A program made the translations under genes and the position numbers. From Planctomycetota bacterium (lineage in GTDB: Bacteria; Planctomycetota; Planctomycetia; Planctomycetales; Planctomycetaceae), in NCBI GenBank assembly GCA_018242565.1, contig JAFEBR010000504.1, positions 1 through 10,958 of the forward strand: a DNA stretch of 10,958 nucleotides, in the 5' to 3' direction. Shown piece after piece: positions 6,794-10,958 of the stretch; position 1 is the stretch's first letter, and the number at the start of each line of letters is the position of its first letter. The notes beneath the pieces are model-generated. The model worked only from the letters and a program-made list of their open reading frames with translations. It made no database searches and was not told where the DNA came from.

Positions 6794-7663
6794 TTACCGG
6801 GCGCGGGCGATGACAAACCGCCACAGCAGGCCCGACAGGATCAGCGCTCCACCCCACCAGGTCGAGGCCGCGACTTGTTCTCTCCAGAACAGCCAGACCC
6901 AGAACGGGTTGAGAATCGCCTCGAGCAGTGTGATCAGTCCGGCTTCCTGGGCGGGCACCGTCCGCAAGGCCCGGGCAAATAAGACATAGGGCAGCCCCAT
7001 CTGAAACGCCCCCAAACCGCCGACCACCAGCCACTGACTGCCGGTCGGCCAGAGTCCCTGCGACACAATCCACGGCAACAGAATCGCACCGCTGACCAGA
7101 TGATTGAGTACCACCAGCCAGGCAGAATTTTCTCGATTCAGGGCCCGCATCGAGGCGATCACGCCGCCGTACGCCAGTCCGCTGCCCAATGCCAGAATCG
7201 TTCCGAGAAACTGTTCTCCCTGCCATTGCCCGGCGACAATGCAGATGATCCCCAGCAACCCGAACGCCAATGCCGCCAGATTGGCACGGGTCACGGGTTC
7301 ATTCAGAAACAGGGCGCCGAACAAAAAGGCCCAACCGGTACCGGTTGACTGCAGAAAGATCGCCGCGGCGGCGGTCCCCCGCGTCAGCGCGGCGATGAAC
7401 AGAAAATTCATCGTGGCAAACGCTACCACCATGGGCAGCATGCGGGGCGTCCACCGCACTCGCCGCCAGTTCACAAACGGCAACAGACAGAGCCCGGCGA
7501 CGAGCGCGCGAAAACAGGCAATCAACAGTGTTCGATTGTGATCGCTGACCGCCTGCAAGGGGGGACTCTTCACGATCATGCCGCTGGTGCTCCACAACAA
7601 CGCGGCCGCCACTAACAACAACCGCCCGCTCCACGATTTTGGGGGAACCCGTTCGGAACTCAT
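6794..7663 (-). CDS. EamA/DMT-superfamily transporter (drug/metabolite exporter family), about 10 TM segments
   Basis: Two EamA-like halves are present, each ending in the conserved LNE / LLE motif that follows a Gly-rich segment (GALFLNEPVT and GLITLLEAILNP). The protein is hydrophobic throughout. ATG start at 7663 (MSSERVPPKSWSGRLLLVAAALLW). The ORF stays open to a GTG at 7702, so the start is uncertain by 13 codons. Confidence 0.8.
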   Translation of the reverse strand: MSSERVPPKSWSGRLLLVAAALLWSTSGMIVKSPPLQAVSDHNRTLLIACFRALVAGLCLLPFVNWRRVRWTPRMLPMVVAFATMNFLFIAALTRGTAAAAIFLQSTGTGWAFLFGALFLNEPVTRANLAALAFGLLGIICIVAGQWQGEQFLGTILALGSGLAYGGVIASMRALNRENSAWLVVLNHLVSGAILLPWIVSQGLWPTGSQWLVVGGLGAFQMGLPYVLFARALRTVPAQEAGLITLLEAILNPFWVWLFWREQVAASTWWGGALILSGLLWRFVIARAR

Positions 7664-7876
7664 GGTGTCTGTCTTGATCCACGGCGATTCACAGAAGTGC
7701 ACGAATGACGACCACTCGAGCGGGCAGCACCATCAAACTCGGCCTGATGCTGGCCAACAATCGTGAGCAAGCGGGTGATTGTGGCAAGCGACATCATCCG
7801 ACACAATACACCGACTTGATGGATCACCGGCCGCATACGTTCATCCCCTGTTCAAAGTCTCTCACGTCTGCTGACC

Positions 7877-8287
7877 ATGTACGAAATCTTCGAACACACT
7901 GCCGACCTGGGATTGCGAGTTCGGTCCGCCGATTTGCCCAACCTGTTCGCCGAGGCGGCCGAGGGGTTGTTCTCGATGACGGTCGATCAACTTACAGCCG
8001 TCCGACCGATCGTCGAACGCCACGTCGAGATCAAAGGGACCGACCTGGTTTACCTGCTCTTCGACTGGCTGAATGAATTGCTGTACATCTGCGACACCGA
8101 ACACCTGGTATTTTGTCAGTTTGCGGTCGAACTGACGGATGCCGGTCTCACCGCAACCATCCGTGGCGAACCGCTCGACGAAGAGCGCCATCACATCACC
8201 CACGAAGTCAAGGCGATCACCTATCACGAGTTGAAAGTCTCGCGCGAAGGAGAGAGCTGGCTGGCCGAAGTCATCGTTGACATTTAG
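7877..8287 (+). CDS. Archease (RtcB-ligase chaperone family protein)
   Basis: 136 aa beginning MYEIFEHTADLGLRVRSADLPNLFAEAAEGLF. This is the characteristic archease N-terminal F-E-H-T-A-D motif, and the size fits the family. Confidence 0.85.
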   Translation: MYEIFEHTADLGLRVRSADLPNLFAEAAEGLFSMTVDQLTAVRPIVERHVEIKGTDLVYLLFDWLNELLYICDTEHLVFCQFAVELTDAGLTATIRGEPLDEERHHITHEVKAITYHELKVSREGESWLAEVIVDI

Positions 8288-9610
8288 TCAGCGGACGAGC
8301 ACCGCATCACACCAGTTGGCGTGATCGAGCATGTCGGCGTCGCCGCCAAAATCGACCCGCAACGACAGGGTCTTTGCCCCGGTCAGATCGATCGGATCAA
8401 TCACCAGAGCCGGACTGGTACCAGTCAGCGCGGGACTCTGGAACACCCGCTTGCCATCCACGAGCACTTCATAGACGGCATTTCCCTTACCGGCCGTGAT
8501 GTCGTCGATGCCCAACGTGGCCTGGAACCGGCGGTATTTCCCTGGCAGCGCGTAAGTCACCGTGCTGCGACTGTGCACTCCCAACCCGAGTGCATATTCA
8601 ACGCCGCGGACCTGCAAGAATCCGCCGGCCACCGAACGGTTACGCTGCAGGGGCCATTCCAATTGCAGAAAAGGCTCGAACTCGTAACGCGCCGGCTCCA
8701 GGTCTGACAGCCAGGTGGCCGCGCCCCCCAGAAAACGAATCGCGTCGACGGCCGACAGCGGGAGACTCCACCGCCCTCCAAACTGGGGCTCGCATGTCAG
8801 TTGATCTGGCCCGACGAGGCGGAGCTGGCGTGCCCGGAATCGGCTGCCGTCCACCAGTGTCACCAGTGCGCCTTCCCCTCGAAAGGGCTCTGCAACAGAC
8901 AACGTCGGGTTTAACGCCAGGGCCTGCACCCCGTCACTGCGAATCTTCGCGAGACCAGCCGCCGACTTCAGAGTCAGTTCGGCCCCCTGTAACTCCACGA
9001 ATTCCCCTTCCAGCCGATCACCGTTGCGGAGAATCACTGTGTCGTGCGATTCGGTCCCCACGAGCATCAATTCCAGCAATCGCGACAGCGACTGCGAATT
9101 GGCCGGTCGGTCAAAGACAACACCCCGAATGGCTTCCAGCGGCACACTGACGGCGGGCAGTTCCGGGTCGCAGATCAGCTGCCCTGTTAAAGCGGCATCG
9201 CTGATCGCTTCGGTCTGCAGCGCCAGGAACTCTCCTGTCGCCAGCACCACGATGGGACTCTCAGCGGCCAGATGCATCTGCCGACCGGCAAATTTCAGCA
9301 TGATGAGATTTCGCGTGGCCAGTCTGCGTGGGTCACCCGGTCCCAGTCCGACCTGGGTGGGACTCAACTCAGAGAGCGCCCCACGGTGAATCTGTCCCTG
9401 CGCATCTGTCACCTGCACCTGACGCACATCGTCGGGAGGATCGTCCGCACAAACGGGGGCTGGCCCTCCCGCGATGCATCCCCCCCAGACCAGGCTGCAG
9501 ACCATCACTCCGACACACCGCCACACAGAAATCTGCCGAGCACTGGCTGACTTCGGCAGGCTCCCTTGTGTGCGGCCCGAACGAGCGCGGGCGATGAATA
9601 CGCATGTCAT
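8288..9610 (-). CDS. Secreted protein with a C-terminal NPCBM (NEW2) carbohydrate-binding-like domain
   Basis: The C-terminus reads GVEYALGLGVHSRSTVTYALPGKYRRFQATLGIDDITAGKGNAVYEVLVDGKRVFQSPALTGTSPALVIDPIDLTGAKTLSLRVDFGGDADMLDHANWCDAVLVR, which matches the NPCBM consensus (GxG.H..S...Y.L...Y..F...vGiDD, F.V..DG, DhAdW.dA.L). The likely start is ATG 9608-9610 (MTCVFIARARSGR...), giving a long basic n-region plus a hydrophobic signal peptide (VGVMVCSLVWGGCIAGGPAPVCA). The six-frame ORF extends artefactually into the upstream gene. Confidence 0.8.
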   Translation of the reverse strand: MTCVFIARARSGRTQGSLPKSASARQISVWRCVGVMVCSLVWGGCIAGGPAPVCADDPPDDVRQVQVTDAQGQIHRGALSELSPTQVGLGPGDPRRLATRNLIMLKFAGRQMHLAAESPIVVLATGEFLALQTEAISDAALTGQLICDPELPAVSVPLEAIRGVVFDRPANSQSLSRLLELMLVGTESHDTVILRNGDRLEGEFVELQGAELTLKSAAGLAKIRSDGVQALALNPTLSVAEPFRGEGALVTLVDGSRFRARQLRLVGPDQLTCEPQFGGRWSLPLSAVDAIRFLGGAATWLSDLEPARYEFEPFLQLEWPLQRNRSVAGGFLQVRGVEYALGLGVHSRSTVTYALPGKYRRFQATLGIDDITAGKGNAVYEVLVDGKRVFQSPALTGTSPALVIDPIDLTGAKTLSLRVDFGGDADMLDHANWCDAVLVR

Positions 9611-9620
9611 CGCCGGGCCC

Positions 9621-10712
9621 CTAACGCTGAAAGATCGGGAGATAATTGTTGGGCATCTGCAGCACAATGCAGGCCATGGCCGTGGCGTACTCTGAGTTGA
9701 CGGTGTGATCCATCCAACTGCCATCCTGCGTCTGCCGGACGAGCAGTTCGTCACGAATCGCCGGATACCACTGCCTCCAATAATTGCCGCCGGCATGCCA
9801 CATGACCTGGGCGGCGTAATAGTGTCCGTAGAAATAGAAGCCCTCGTTCCGAAAGATCTCGCCGCGCGGCTGGTGATCGAGCAGGAACTTCAAGCCCTTT
9901 TGAATCTCTTCCCCTTCGTAGATACCGGCACTGTAGAGTGCCACGAGTCCGGCCGCCGAGCGCGGCCAGAGACTGACGTTGCCCGACGTCTTGGTGTACA
10001 TGAATCCGCCGTCGGCCAACTGGCAACTCTTCACATACTTCGTACACAGTTCGACCGTGCTTTTGGGGACGTACAACCCGGCGTTGCGGGCCGCGCGCAG
10101 CGCCATAATCTGGCACACGGTTACCGAGACGTCGGCCTCTTTGCGAACTGGAAAATATCGCCAGCCACCGTCTTTGTTTTGTGAATTGACGATGAGATTA
10201 ATCGACAACTTCAGCTTGTCGCGGATTTCCGCACGGGGCGTCATGCCGTACACTTCCGCCAGAAATAACGTCGCAAATCCATGACCATACATCGGATTCT
10301 GCTGACGATGCTCAGGTGCTGAGATCAACCCGGTCGAATCGGTGCAGTTCAGCAGGTACTGCACGATTTTCTCGACCTGCTCGCCGTATTTGCCCCGGTT
10401 CGGAGTGTAGCCGGCCGACAGAAAGGCGATTCCGGACAAAGCCGTCACGGCCACATGTCGGCGGTAGGTGCTGCCAGAACCGAGCGACCCATCTTCGAAT
10501 TGGGACCGAGCCAGCCGATCGAGCCCCCGGTCGATGGCCTGCTGCGCCAGAGGCGTGACGAGTTCCAAACCACTGGTTTCTGTGGTGCGGGAGACCGGGG
10601 GAGCCGCCTGAGCCGCACACGGCACGAGCGCCGCCACGACCAGCAGCGCCAGGCTGCCGCCGAGTACGGTCAATCGAACCAAGTGCGATGTCATAGCCGG
10701 GGACGTTTTCAC
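9621..10712 (-). CDS. Secreted prenyltransferase / squalene-cyclase-repeat (alpha/alpha-toroid) protein
   Basis: Repeated QxxDGGW/F motifs are present: QNKDGGW, QLADGGF, QTQDGSW. There is an N-terminal signal peptide (LTVLGGSLALLVVAALVPCAAQA). GTG start at 10712 lies 9 nt after AGGA; an alternative ATG is at 10694. The TAG stop at 9621-9623 is 10 bp upstream of the NPCBM gene start, suggesting an operon. Confidence 0.8.
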   Translation of the reverse strand: MKTSPAMTSHLVRLTVLGGSLALLVVAALVPCAAQAAPPVSRTTETSGLELVTPLAQQAIDRGLDRLARSQFEDGSLGSGSTYRRHVAVTALSGIAFLSAGYTPNRGKYGEQVEKIVQYLLNCTDSTGLISAPEHRQQNPMYGHGFATLFLAEVYGMTPRAEIRDKLKLSINLIVNSQNKDGGWRYFPVRKEADVSVTVCQIMALRAARNAGLYVPKSTVELCTKYVKSCQLADGGFMYTKTSGNVSLWPRSAAGLVALYSAGIYEGEEIQKGLKFLLDHQPRGEIFRNEGFYFYGHYYAAQVMWHAGGNYWRQWYPAIRDELLVRQTQDGSWMDHTVNSEYATAMACIVLQMPNNYLPIFQR

Positions 10713-10958
10713 AGGTTGATCCTAAACGAACCGCAGCGGCGATTCCAGATGAGCGTGTTCGAGTCCCGTATCCAACCACATGCGGCCAAAACGAACGGGA
10801 GTGCGAGGCTCCCGCCGAGCCGGCGATCAGTTCCAGCGTAATTCGAAGATTTCACCCTGATATGACCAAGCCACGGCTTTCTCTACTAGACCAACACGGA
10901 CGTGATTTTGTTCCACAGGGGGGTTCAGGGGAGGGCGTACGAGCAAGGCGGAGGCCTC

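Noticed and set aside
6543-7226. 227-aa minus-strand ORF and several + strand ORFs (7104-7541, 7100-7348) overlapping the DMT transporter
   Set aside because: Alternate-frame or antisense overlaps of a clearly hydrophobic EamA-type CDS. The translations are Arg/Gly-rich.
7705-8076. 123-aa + ORF spanning the DMT/archease divergent intergenic region into archease
   Set aside because: Off-frame with the archease, whose motifs are unambiguous. The translation is Arg-rich low-complexity sequence.
10312-10841. Overlapping ORFs 10312-10779 (-) and 10455-10841 (+) at the right edge
   Set aside because: They overlap the 5' end of the well-supported prenyltransferase-like CDS or its promoter region. 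The translations are low-complexity and neither has an RBS.

Overview
High-GC window (about 63-65% GC; Planctomycetota-like by inference only). It holds one tRNA, a decayed integrase and eight credible protein-coding genes. Left to right: (1) a nonsense-interrupted tyrosine-integrase remnant (121-549, +) converging on a tRNA-Arg(CCG) (574-647, -). This looks like the edge of a decayed tRNA-integrated island lying left of the window. (2) A TPR-repeat GT41 (O-GlcNAc-transferase-like) glycosyltransferase (880-2802, +). (3) An 866-bp gap (2803-3668) with no credible ORF. It contains an AT/CA-rich segment, a sigma70-like promoter candidate and three consecutive strong hairpins. (4) A 762-aa flotillin-like SPFH/band-7 protein (3669-5957, +) with an in-frame 3x54-bp tandem repeat in its EA-rich coiled coil. 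A perfect 15-bp-stem hairpin follows its stop. (5) Two tandem paralogous small Cys-rich (CxxC...CxxCGFLELYAP) proteins (6055-6330 and 6432-6698, +) of unrecognised family. (6) A convergent EamA/DMT transporter (6794-7663, -). (7) An orphan archease (7877-8287, +). (8) A convergent two-gene secreted operon on the minus strand: an alpha/alpha-toroid prenyltransferase/squalene-cyclase-repeat protein (9621-10712) followed 10 bp later by an NPCBM-domain protein (8288-9610). There are no CRISPR arrays, rRNA or intact mobile elements. Most other six-frame ORFs are antisense or off-frame artefacts of GC-rich coding sequence. The best candidates for something undescribed are the flotillin + hairpin + twin zinc-ribbon-like gene module and the long structured non-coding region upstream of the flotillin gene. 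All family assignments are from motif recognition by eye and were not database-verified.
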